IMG/VR virus record: IMGVR_UViG_2693429733_000010
Span: 1 to 4,357 of that record
DNA length: 4,357 nucleotides
Origin: a virus
Taxonomy: Duplodnaviria > Heunggongvirae > Uroviricota > Caudoviricetes
Reading direction: 5' to 3' (one strand)
Position numbers and translations under genes: made by a program. Shown here piece after piece: positions 1 through 4,357 of the stretch; position 1 is the stretch's first letter, and each line of letters begins with the position of its first letter. The notes beneath the pieces are model-generated. The model did not search any database. It was not told where the DNA came from and worked only from the letters and a program-made list of their open reading frames with translations.

Positions 1-26
1 AAAACACTATCAATAAGTTGGAGTCA

Positions 27-140
27 TTACCATTTTTTTGCTGTAGTCCAGTAAAAACCACCTTTAATTCCCAGGCGTTTTCTTACTTTGTCATTTTTTG
101 CTTCGCAATATAGTGCAAATTCTTCTTTATCAGTGCTCAT
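27..140 (-). CDS. small hypothetical protein (37 aa), distal end of the dicB-type operon
   Basis: ATG at 140..138, TAA at 29..27, bounded upstream by an in-frame stop. Translation MSTDKEEFALYCEAKNDKVRKRLGIKGGFYWTTAKKW. A GAGG lies about 10 nt upstream of the ATG (long spacer). Below the track's apparent ~60-aa cutoff, so found by manual translation. Same strand as the upstream operon. No recognisable motif. Confidence 0.3.
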   Translation of the reverse strand: MSTDKEEFALYCEAKNDKVRKRLGIKGGFYWTTAKKW

Positions 141-233
141 TATTGATAAACCTCATCACAGATTTAAGGGTGAACAAATCTCTGCCATTGCTGACATATA
201 AGAATGAAACTGGATATTTATTACGGTGCTGTT

Positions 234-422
234 TTAAAATCCTGCCGGGATTTCGTTATCCTGGTGAATAACTTTATCGACCGGATAACAGTTGCCTGGA
301 ATTTTCTGTTCGGTTGCTGCGGCCATACATTCCTGCATTGTTCTGTGAACACTGACTGCAATATCAACTGGCTCTCCGGAAACAAGAAAAACCGTCAGAA
401 TAAGTGCAAATACTGGATTCAT
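234..422 (-). CDS. ydfD: YdfD-like small protein (62 aa) with N-terminal hydrophobic segment
   Basis: Internal ATG at 422..420 of track ORF 234..476, preceded by AAGGA with about 8 nt spacer. Its ATG overlaps the TGA of the upstream dicB ORF (ATGA, minus-strand 422..419), implying translational coupling. The N-terminus MNPVFALILTVFLVSG is a hydrophobic segment. Size and position after dicB match the Qin prophage ydfD from memory. Confidence 0.65.
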   Translation of the reverse strand: MNPVFALILTVFLVSGEPVDIAVSVHRTMQECMAAATEQKIPGNCYPVDKVIHQDNEIPAGF

Positions 423-607
423 TGTGCACATCCTTTTGGCATCAGACGTAAACGGGCCAGCATTGAAACAATGCATACTTTATTTAATAACTCCCGTTCG
501 TGTTTTCTTTTGTTAATGGCCTCTTCAGTGAATACAGGATTACTGATAGTGACACCAATTTCAAAACAACCTTCAGACGTATTAACGTTTGGTAATAACG
601 TTTTCAT
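419..607 (-). CDS. dicB: DicB cell-division inhibitor (62 aa)
   Basis: Internal ATG at 607..605 of track ORF 419..712 (the track start at 712 is a GTG). SD GAGGG sits 7 nt upstream. Product MKTLLPNVNTSEGCFEIGVTISNPVFTEEAINKRKHERELLNKVCIVSMLARLRLMPKGCAQ is 62 aa, the length of E. coli DicB, and lies immediately downstream of DicF as in the Qin dicB operon. Confidence 0.8.
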   Translation of the reverse strand: MKTLLPNVNTSEGCFEIGVTISNPVFTEEAINKRKHERELLNKVCIVSMLARLRLMPKGCAQ

Positions 608-776
608 TATCGCGCCCTCAACAATGAGTTTTGTGATGCGGTGCCTGGTGCTTCCAGGTGACGTTAACCAGTTAACAATTAACGCCGGATACAGAGAATC
701 CACCCATAACACTGTTTTCGGTTTTAACTGTTCCGCGTGCGCTCAGCCGCATTCACCACATCACAAAATTCACTTT

Positions 777-834
777 AAAAAGGGCGGCAGAGCAGTCACG
801 GAGTAAAACTGATACCGCCAAACGTCACCAGAAA
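777..834 (-). ncRNA. dicF: DicF small regulatory RNA with 3' hairpin and U-tract
   Basis: Minus-strand sequence 834->777 reads TTTCTGGTGACGTTTGGCGGTATCAGTTTTACTCCGTGACTGCTCTGCCGCCCTTTTT. This matches the E. coli DicF sequence as I recall it, including the GGCGG...CCGCC terminal stem and T5 tail. Exact ends depend on processing. Confidence 0.85.
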
Positions 835-856
835 ATTGATAACAGAGGGCGTTGCA

Positions 857-1135
857 GCGGGGTTGTCACTTAAGCGTATGGTCAACCTGACAACCCGGTG
901 TCCTCAACGGGGAAGGAATAACCCCGCCATACTTACCGCCGCGCCATTTCGCGGATTGCCACAACCGGAAGCGCACGGTCGACGAAAATTTAACGACAGA
1001 CCATTTATGAACTAACAGCCTCGCCGTGCGCTTTCGCGTTATGCCCTGACTTTTCAGGGACATATCCTTTCAGTAAACTGTCAGTGCCGGATGCTCACCC
1101 GTGTCCGGCGCACGCACTCCACCTCACCCGTGGAG
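857..1135 (-). other. GC-rich, hairpin-dense untranslated region upstream of DicF on the operon strand (candidate processing or regulatory leader)
   Basis: Six inverted repeats are readable directly: GGGTTGTCA 860-868 / TGACAACCC 888-896; CGGGG 908-912 / CCCCG 922-926; CCGCG 939-943 / CGCGG 950-954; CCCTGA 1044-1049 / TCAGGG 1054-1059; GCCGGA 1086-1091 / TCCGGC 1104-1109; CTCCAC 1117-1122 / GTGGAG 1130-1135. No ORF with a credible RBS on either strand. Strand is assigned from the operon context. Confidence 0.4.
1094..1132. repeat. direct repeat of the 10-mer CTCACCCGTG (1094-1103 and 1123-1132), each inside a hairpin loop/stem
   Basis: Exact 10/10 identity, 29 bp apart, lying 36 and 65 bp upstream of the ATG of the plus-strand ORF at 1168. 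Confidence 0.5.
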
Positions 1136-1167
1136 AACTCCTTAATTACCAACCCTCAGGAGGGTGA

Positions 1168-1401
1168 ATGTTAAAATCAACTCTTATTGCTAAATGCCTT
1201 TATCAAAATCGCATGGTAAGCAGCATTTCAATAGGCGAGTCTGCAGTTAAAAGTATTTTCGAAGAGTACTTTCCCGGGCATGATTTTAATAAATGGAATA
1301 CCAAATTACCGCCAGCAGTTTCAACGCGTATTCTGAAAGCAACTGAAAGAGCAAGTACAATTCGCGTTAACTATTTCATTAAAGATTTGTGGGATCTTTG
1401 A
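1168..1401 (+). CDS. hypothetical protein (77 aa), plus-strand gene in low-GC cassette
   Basis: Track ORF. Strong SD AGGAGGG at 1157-1163 with 4 nt spacer to ATG 1168. AT-rich coding sequence. Convergent with the 135-aa ORF and overlapping it by 23 bp at the 3' ends. No recognisable family. Confidence 0.45.
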   Translation: MLKSTLIAKCLYQNRMVSSISIGESAVKSIFEEYFPGHDFNKWNTKLPPAVSTRILKATERASTIRVNYFIKDLWDL

Positions 1402-1786
1402 TATCCACAGAGCCTAAAGTATGTGCATATGGATGTGCTATTGTGCGCCCTCGCAGATTTGCATCATTTTCTAAATTCACTGAACGAAACAGGGCATCAA
1501 CAAGGCTCTGTACAATGCAAAGGCAATCGAAGACTGTCGCTGTTTCTGTTTTGATTGATGAAAGAACATGGCCATTCACGCAAACAGAAATTACCCGTTC
1601 ATTAACATCGCTTTCCTGCTTTTGATTATCAGAACCATATAGCCCAGAAAAAGCATTGCGCACATTACGAACCATATTATCGATGGTTTCTTTTTTGGTG
1701 TATGCCGGGTCAATTTTCACCAGACTATCACCGAGAGTCGTTGCAGCAATTGTCTGGATTTCTTTTGGTAAATCTTTAAATTCCAT
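1379..1786 (-). CDS. hypothetical protein (135 aa) in the leftward operon, low-GC
   Basis: Track ORF. ATG at 1786..1784 with GAGG 6 nt upstream. Lies 22 nt downstream of the stop of the 72-aa gene, so operon context holds. No TM segment or recognisable motif. AT-rich relative to flanks. Confidence 0.6.
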   Translation of the reverse strand: MEFKDLPKEIQTIAATTLGDSLVKIDPAYTKKETIDNMVRNVRNAFSGLYGSDNQKQESDVNERVISVCVNGHVLSSIKTETATVFDCLCIVQSLVDALFRSVNLENDANLRGRTIAHPYAHTLGSVDIKDPTNL

Positions 1787-1808
1787 TATTAGCCTCGTTG
1801 GTTAACCA

Positions 1809-2027
1809 TTAACGTGGGTATGTAATCATTCTGGCAATGCTTAATGCCGCTGCTTTTTCCAGATTGGTGATATCCTGCTCCAGAGCGGACAGATTTTCAG
1901 CCTGCTTAGCCCTGGCTTCATTGGCCCATTTCAGGTCCTGCGCAGCCTTAATTTTCTGGTGCATCCACTCATAAAGTTCATCATCGGTATAGTCTGGCGC
2001 GATGATGACGGGTTCTCGTTTCTGCAT
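1809..2027 (-). CDS. small operon protein (72 aa), YdfC-like by size and position
   Basis: Track ORF. ATG at 2027..2025 with SD GAGGA about 6 nt upstream. Third gene after the 51-aa and 42-aa genes, mirroring ydfA-ydfB-ydfC (51/42/72 aa) of the Qin dicB operon. Sequence identity to YdfC is not verified. Confidence 0.6.
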   Translation of the reverse strand: MQKREPVIIAPDYTDDELYEWMHQKIKAAQDLKWANEARAKQAENLSALEQDITNLEKAAALSIARMITYPR

Positions 2028-2056
2028 ACTGATTCCTCGCGGTGCTGCTTCGCTTA

Positions 2057-2185
2057 TCAGCCGTTAGATTTTGCCGAGCTGGAAAGCGCCTGTTTAAACT
2101 CACTGAAGCTGAGAGCTTCTTCGCCTTCGGCAAGGCCTTCGAAGTATTCTTCGTAAGCCTTTTCCATGATTGTGTCGAAATCCAT
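2057..2185 (-). CDS. YdfB/YdaG-like small protein (42 aa)
   Basis: Not in the track (under 60 aa). ATG at 2185..2183 with SD AGGTGA 5 nt upstream, TGA at 2059..2057. Translation MDFDTIMEKAYEEYFEGLAEGEEALSFSEFKQALSSSAKSNG. An in-frame upstream ATG at 2227 would give a 56-aa form overlapping the preceding gene. Confidence 0.6.
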   Translation of the reverse strand: MDFDTIMEKAYEEYFEGLAEGEEALSFSEFKQALSSSAKSNG

Positions 2186-2186
2186 A

Positions 2187-2342
2187 TCACTCACCTGAGT
2201 TTCTTTCCAGCCAGCGACGGGCACCATTTTCGGTTTTAAACGTTTTGCTTTTGGTATACGTCATCGCGGTAAACGTTCCATCCTGGTTAGGGAACACGCC
2301 GCACACCAGAGATTCGTTGTTGCCAAGATCGATAGTATCCAT
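2187..2342 (-). CDS. YdfA/YdaF-like small protein (51 aa)
   Basis: Internal ATG at 2342..2340 of track ORF 2187..2423, with GAGG about 5 nt upstream. Translation MDTIDLGNNESLVCGVFPNQDGTFTAMTYTKSKTFKTENGARRWLERNSGE. First gene downstream of the pL-like promoter. Confidence 0.65.
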   Translation of the reverse strand: MDTIDLGNNESLVCGVFPNQDGTFTAMTYTKSKTFKTENGARRWLERNSGE

Positions 2343-2522
2343 GTTGACCTCATTTCCCCTTAACGCCGGGGTAGCGGAACAAAAACCTGCTGCATAGTTA
2401 TTAAAGTTGAACCCTGCCGTCATGTTCTTACGCCTCGGGCTGGCTACTTAACCCCTGACCACTGTCTGGTAACTCGAAGTATTGCCCTGCATTCTGTGGG
2501 GCGGGGTGGGTTGACGCCTGAA

Positions 2523-2551
2523 AAAATAGCATCATTATTTTTTGATGTAAA
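2523..2551 (-). promoter_or_regulatory. pL-like leftward promoter: -35 TTTACA (2551..2546), 17-nt spacer, TG-extended -10 TATTTT (2528..2523)
   Basis: Minus strand reads TTTACA-17 nt-TATTTT with TG at -15/-14. Both hexamers overlap the two OL palindromes. Predicted start near 2516, leader about 175 nt to the ydfA-like ATG. Confidence 0.5.
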
Positions 2552-2565
2552 TAGCATCGCTATTG
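2524..2565. promoter_or_regulatory. OL-like operator pair: two 17-bp palindromic sites, centres 25 bp apart
   Basis: 2549-2565 AAATAGCATCGCTATTG (core ATAGCATCGCTAT is a perfect palindrome) and 2524-2540 AAATAGCATCATTATTT (15/17 to consensus). The same core recurs at OR. Confidence 0.7.
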
Positions 2566-2581
2566 TTTTTGTTGGGGCAAG

Positions 2582-2603
2582 AAAAAACCACCCTAAGGTG
2601 GTT
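2582..2603 (-). terminator. intrinsic terminator candidate after the toxin gene
   Basis: Minus strand: stem AACCACC / GGTGGTT (plus 2586-2592 / 2597-2603), 4-nt loop, then a T-run (plus-strand A6 at 2582-2587). Sits 17 nt past the toxin stop and just before OL. The stem is short, so moderate strength at best. Confidence 0.5.
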
Positions 2604-2619
2604 CTGTCGGCGGGAATAA

Positions 2620-2910
2620 TTAACTGTTTTTGCCTGGATACTGTCTTCGAGAATGCACAATATTTACTACTTCTATGCTTGATGCTGTTACTCGGTAAAG
2701 GATGATGTAGTTAGGATGAGTTACAATTTCACGAAGACCAAGAACTCGCTCGCTTGGAGGATACAGGTAAGGATGCTCTGTGAGCGGCAAAACGGATGTT
2801 TCAATTCGAATTTTCATTCTGCGTGCTGCCGCGGGATTTTCTTTAGCTATGTAGGCTACGATCTGGCGCAAATCATCACGAGCAGATGGTAGCCATAAAA
2901 CGGGTAACAT
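2620..2910 (-). CDS. parE: type II toxin, ParE/RelE family (96 aa), parE2-like
   Basis: Track ORF. ATG overlaps the antitoxin stop by 1 nt (minus strand TAATG at 2912..2908). Product is basic, about 11 kDa, consistent with the RelE/ParE fold. Lies downstream of a small acidic antitoxin-like gene. Confidence 0.85.
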   Translation of the reverse strand: MLPVLWLPSARDDLRQIVAYIAKENPAAARRMKIRIETSVLPLTEHPYLYPPSERVLGLREIVTHPNYIILYRVTASSIEVVNIVHSRRQYPGKNS

Positions 2911-3104
2911 TATTCACCTCTGTGAGTTGCAGCAGCAATTTGGGCAATAATTTGTTCCATTTCCGCCATTACCTCATCATGCGGAATCGCCGGGCGGGGA
3001 TCCGCGAGGCTTGCTGCTACTTTGGCCCGCAGCCATTCGTTGTAACTATTTTCTTGCTCAACTGTCTCAAATTCTGAAACCATTGGGGAAAGGACTGTAC
3101 TCAT
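2910..3104 (-). CDS. type II antitoxin (64 aa), PaaA2-like
   Basis: Track ORF. ATG at 3104 with SD GAGGAG about 9 nt upstream, only 19 nt after the repressor stop. Small acidic protein MSTVLSPMVSEFETVEQENSYNEWLRAKVAASLADPRPAIPHDEVMAEMEQIIAQIAAATHRGE. Matches the PaaA2 antitoxin size of the O157:H7 paaR2-paaA2-parE2 system from memory. Confidence 0.75.
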   Translation of the reverse strand: MSTVLSPMVSEFETVEQENSYNEWLRAKVAASLADPRPAIPHDEVMAEMEQIIAQIAAATHRGE

Positions 3105-3123
3105 TTTACATATCTCCTCTGAT

Positions 3124-3624
3124 TTAGGCGCGACGGCCTTTTTGTGCAGCTAACCACCGCGCAACCGTACGATCCATTGATTCTTTTTTATCTTTCATCT
3201 CCTGAAGCATGTGTTCTTGATCTTCTTTCGGAAAAGCTCTGAACGTATGGATTAAATCTCGTTCCATCGGCTCTACGGCAAACGGTAGTTCATCCTCTGT
3301 TTGTTCTGTGTCTGCTGGTAATGCGACTATGTTATCTTGCTGTGGTTCTCGACAATACATCCTTGCAATTTGCAGCAAATCTACCATGTCTGGCCTGATT
3401 GACTCAGGGGGAACTTTCAGTAAGCCAGCAAACTTTAGAACAGCCTCAAGGTTTAGTGGGGTTTGACCATTTAGGTAGTGACTTACCGCCCCTTGTGTTG
3501 AAAACCCCATAATTTCCGCCGCACGTTCCTGAGTCAATCCCAACTGAGATTTCTTTGCCATCCAGATTTCTTTCAGTCTTCTGGCGGCGTTGAGGTCGGT
3601 GTCTGACAATGATTTTCTTTTCAT
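3124..3624 (-). CDS. cI-like HTH (XRE-family) prophage repressor, 166 aa; PaaR2/RacR-like, no S24 peptidase domain
   Basis: Track ORF 3124..3654 begins at a GTG; the first ATG is at 3624..3622 (MKRKSLSDTDL...). HTH motif LTQERAAEIMGFSTQGAVSHYLNGQ. The C-terminal ~100 aa is acidic and lacks the GDSM-type serine motif of LexA/cI peptidases. Divergent from a cro-like gene across palindromic operators. Confidence 0.85.
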   Translation of the reverse strand: MKRKSLSDTDLNAARRLKEIWMAKKSQLGLTQERAAEIMGFSTQGAVSHYLNGQTPLNLEAVLKFAGLLKVPPESIRPDMVDLLQIARMYCREPQQDNIVALPADTEQTEDELPFAVEPMERDLIHTFRAFPKEDQEHMLQEMKDKKESMDRTVARWLAAQKGRRA

Positions 3625-3657
3625 ACATCCAATTCTAATAAGATTGCTAATCACTTT

Positions 3658-3686
3658 GAAATAGCATCGCTATTTACTTTTAAAAA
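3658..3686 (-). promoter_or_regulatory. PRM-like maintenance promoter candidate: TG-extended -10 TATTTC (3663..3658), weak -35 TTTTTA (3686..3681)
   Basis: Minus strand reads gaTGcTATTTC, embedded in the OR1 palindrome, the same motif as the pL -10. The weak -35 fits an activator-dependent PRM. Leader about 27 nt to ATG 3624. Confidence 0.35.
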
Positions 3687-3700
3687 TAACAGTGCTATTA
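3659..3700. promoter_or_regulatory. OR-like operator pair: 17-bp palindromes, centres 25 bp apart
   Basis: 3659-3675 AAATAGCATCGCTATTT is a perfect 17-bp palindrome. 3684-3700 AAATAACAGTGCTATTA matches it at 13/17. Same spacing and core as the OL pair. Confidence 0.7.
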
Positions 3701-3701
3701 A
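3673..3701 (+). promoter_or_regulatory. PR-like rightward promoter candidate: -35 TTTACT (3673-3678), 17-nt spacer, -10 TATTAA (3696-3701)
   Basis: Hexamers overlap OR1 and OR2 respectively, a mirror image of the pL/OL layout. Predicted start near 3708, upstream of the cro-like ATG at 3736. Confidence 0.4.
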
Positions 3702-3735
3702 TTATGCATTGGTAACACATCACATAGGGCGGATT

Positions 3736-3999
3736 ATGAATCTTGGAGAATATTTGCATCATTTTCATATAACCCAGAGTTCATTTGCTGAGATTGTTGG
3801 CGCATCCCAAGGGATGGTCAGCCACGTTATAACGGGGCGTGCAAAACTTACAGGAGAAAAAATATTACGTTGGTGTGAAGCAACGGGATGGGTGGTGACC
3901 CCACATGAGATTGACAGTAAAACCTACCCCAACCCAACTGACGGCTTGCCTGCTGAGTTTCAGGCTAACACACAACCATCGGCGGGGGTTGATTCATGA
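3736..3999 (+). CDS. Cro/YdaS-like small HTH regulator (87 aa)
   Basis: Track ORF 3709..3999 starts at a TTG; the first ATG is at 3736, preceded by GGG/GGCGG. HTH motif QSSFAEIVGASQGMVSHVITGR. Divergent from the repressor across OR. Confidence 0.8.
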   Translation: MNLGEYLHHFHITQSSFAEIVGASQGMVSHVITGRAKLTGEKILRWCEATGWVVTPHEIDSKTYPNPTDGLPAEFQANTQPSAGVDS

Positions 4000-4357
4000 A
4001 AATCAAGCATGAACACATCCGCATGGCGATGAAAGCCTGGGCGCATCCGGACGGTGAAAAAGTTCCGGCAGCTGAAATAACCAGGGTTTATTTCGAACTG
4101 GGAATGACGTTTCCGGTTCTGCATAACGACAGCAAGCACAACACGCTTTATCTCAACACCCAAAAGATTTTCCGTTGGCTGGATAAAGACACCCCTGACG
4201 CTGTTGAAAAAATTCAGGCGTTGTTACCTGCGATCGAAAGGGCAATGCCACCTCCGCTGGTGGCTCGAATGCGCAGCCACAGTTCAGCTTATTTTCGGGA
4301 ACTGGTGGAGACGCATGAACGACTGGTGAGAGACGCTGATGATTTTGTCGCAGTGGC
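3996..4357 (+). CDS. YdaT-like protein (proposed CII-like role), 5' partial, runs off window end
   Basis: ATG at 3996 overlaps the cro-like TGA (ATGA coupling). Open frame for 120 codons to the window end (MKIKHEHIRMAMKAWAHPDGEKVPAAEIT...). Absent from the track because no stop falls in the window. Position after the cro-like gene matches ydaS-ydaT. Confidence 0.7.
   Translation, partial: MKIKHEHIRMAMKAWAHPDGEKVPAAEITRVYFELGMTFPVLHNDSKHNTLYLNTQKIFRWLDKDTPDAVEKIQALLPAIERAMPPPLVARMRSHSSAYFRELVETHERLVRDADDFVAV

Noticed and set aside
234-476. Long 80-aa form of the ydfD-like ORF starting at 476
   Set aside because: It would overlap dicB by 57 nt. The internal ATG at 422 has an AAGGA SD and forms an ATGA overlap with the dicB stop.
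419-712. Long 97-aa form of the dicB ORF starting at 712
   Set aside because: The codon at 712..710 is GTG with no SD. The internal ATG at 607 has a GAGGG SD and yields exactly the 62-aa DicB length.
204-806. 200-aa plus-strand track ORF
   Set aside because: Entirely antisense to dicB, the ydfD-like gene and part of DicF. Cys/His-rich low-complexity translation, no SD before the ATG. The minus-strand genes have RBSs, ATGA coupling and correct operon orientation.
866-1063. 65-aa minus-strand track ORF inside the GC-rich region
   Set aside because: Arg/Lys-rich translation typical of a GC-rich non-coding frame. The SD-like AGGA is only 1 nt from the ATG. The region is dominated by inverted repeats.
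840-1160. Retron msr/msd or REP-element interpretation of the hairpin region
   Set aside because: No reverse transcriptase ORF follows it (the only adjacent ORF is 77 aa). The GCCGGATG motif resembles the start of E. coli REP units, but the rest does not match the REP consensus as I recall it. Left as an unassigned structured region.
1389-1625. 78-aa plus-strand track ORF
   Set aside because: Alternative frame fully inside the 135-aa minus-strand gene, no RBS, low-complexity product.
1959-2397. Track ORFs 1959..2156 (+), 1981..2190 (-), 2042..2239 (+), 2170..2397 (+)
   Set aside because: All are alternative-frame or antisense overlaps of the three small operon genes (2057..2342 and 1809..2027), which have SDs and tight operon spacing. 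None has a convincing RBS.
2187-2423. Long 78-aa form of the ydfA-like gene starting at 2423
   Set aside because: No SD before the ATG at 2423. The internal ATG at 2342 has a GAGG SD and gives the 51-aa length typical of this family.
2494-2510. G-rich tract GGGGCGGGGTGGG as a possible G-quadruplex
   Set aside because: Only three G-runs are present. More likely just part of the GC-rich pL leader.
2496-2705. 69-aa plus-strand track ORF across OL and the terminator
   Set aside because: It spans the operator/promoter region and the terminator hairpin and is antisense to the toxin 3' end. No RBS.
2886-3077. 63-aa plus-strand track ORF
   Set aside because: Antisense to the antitoxin gene, no RBS. 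The TA pair on the minus strand is far better supported.
3446-3628. 60-aa minus-strand track ORF inside the repressor gene
   Set aside because: Alternative frame of the repressor coding region with an Arg-rich artefactual translation.
3124-3654. N-terminal extensions of the repressor (GTG 3654) and the cro-like gene (TTG 3709)
   Set aside because: Both track starts are non-ATG codons that would place the start inside or next to the operator/promoter elements. The first in-frame ATGs (3624 and 3736) give canonical HTH protein lengths.
1-4357. CRISPR arrays, tRNA/rRNA genes, IS elements or integrase
   Set aside because: No regularly spaced direct repeats, no cloverleaf-compatible segments, no terminal inverted repeats flanking a transposase-sized ORF. 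None detected by eye.

Overview
This window reads as the immunity and early-left region of a lambdoid (Qin/Rac-like) enterobacterial cryptic prophage. Right to left on the minus strand: a cI-like HTH repressor (3124..3624) is followed in the same operon by a small antitoxin and a ParE/RelE-family toxin (2910..3104, 2620..2910), then a hairpin/T-tract terminator, then an OL-like operator pair with a pL-like promoter (2523..2565). That promoter faces a leftward operon of small genes: a 51-aa and a 42-aa protein, a 72-aa protein, an unrecognised 135-aa protein, a GC-rich hairpin-dense untranslated stretch, the DicF sRNA (777..834), DicB (419..607) and a YdfD-like protein (234..422). Divergent from the repressor across an OR-like operator pair are a Cro/YdaS-like gene (3736..3999) and a translationally coupled YdaT-like gene that runs off the window end. 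The repressor-antitoxin-toxin arrangement matches the three-component paaR2-paaA2-parE2 type known from E. coli O157:H7 cryptic prophages, but this is from memory, not a search. The part I cannot explain from known families is a low-GC cassette (1168..1786) holding two convergent, 3'-overlapping ORFs (77 aa plus strand, 135 aa minus strand), sitting just upstream of the structured region that precedes DicF. No rRNA, tRNA, CRISPR array, IS element or integrase is visible. Several track ORFs are judged to be alternative-frame artefacts.
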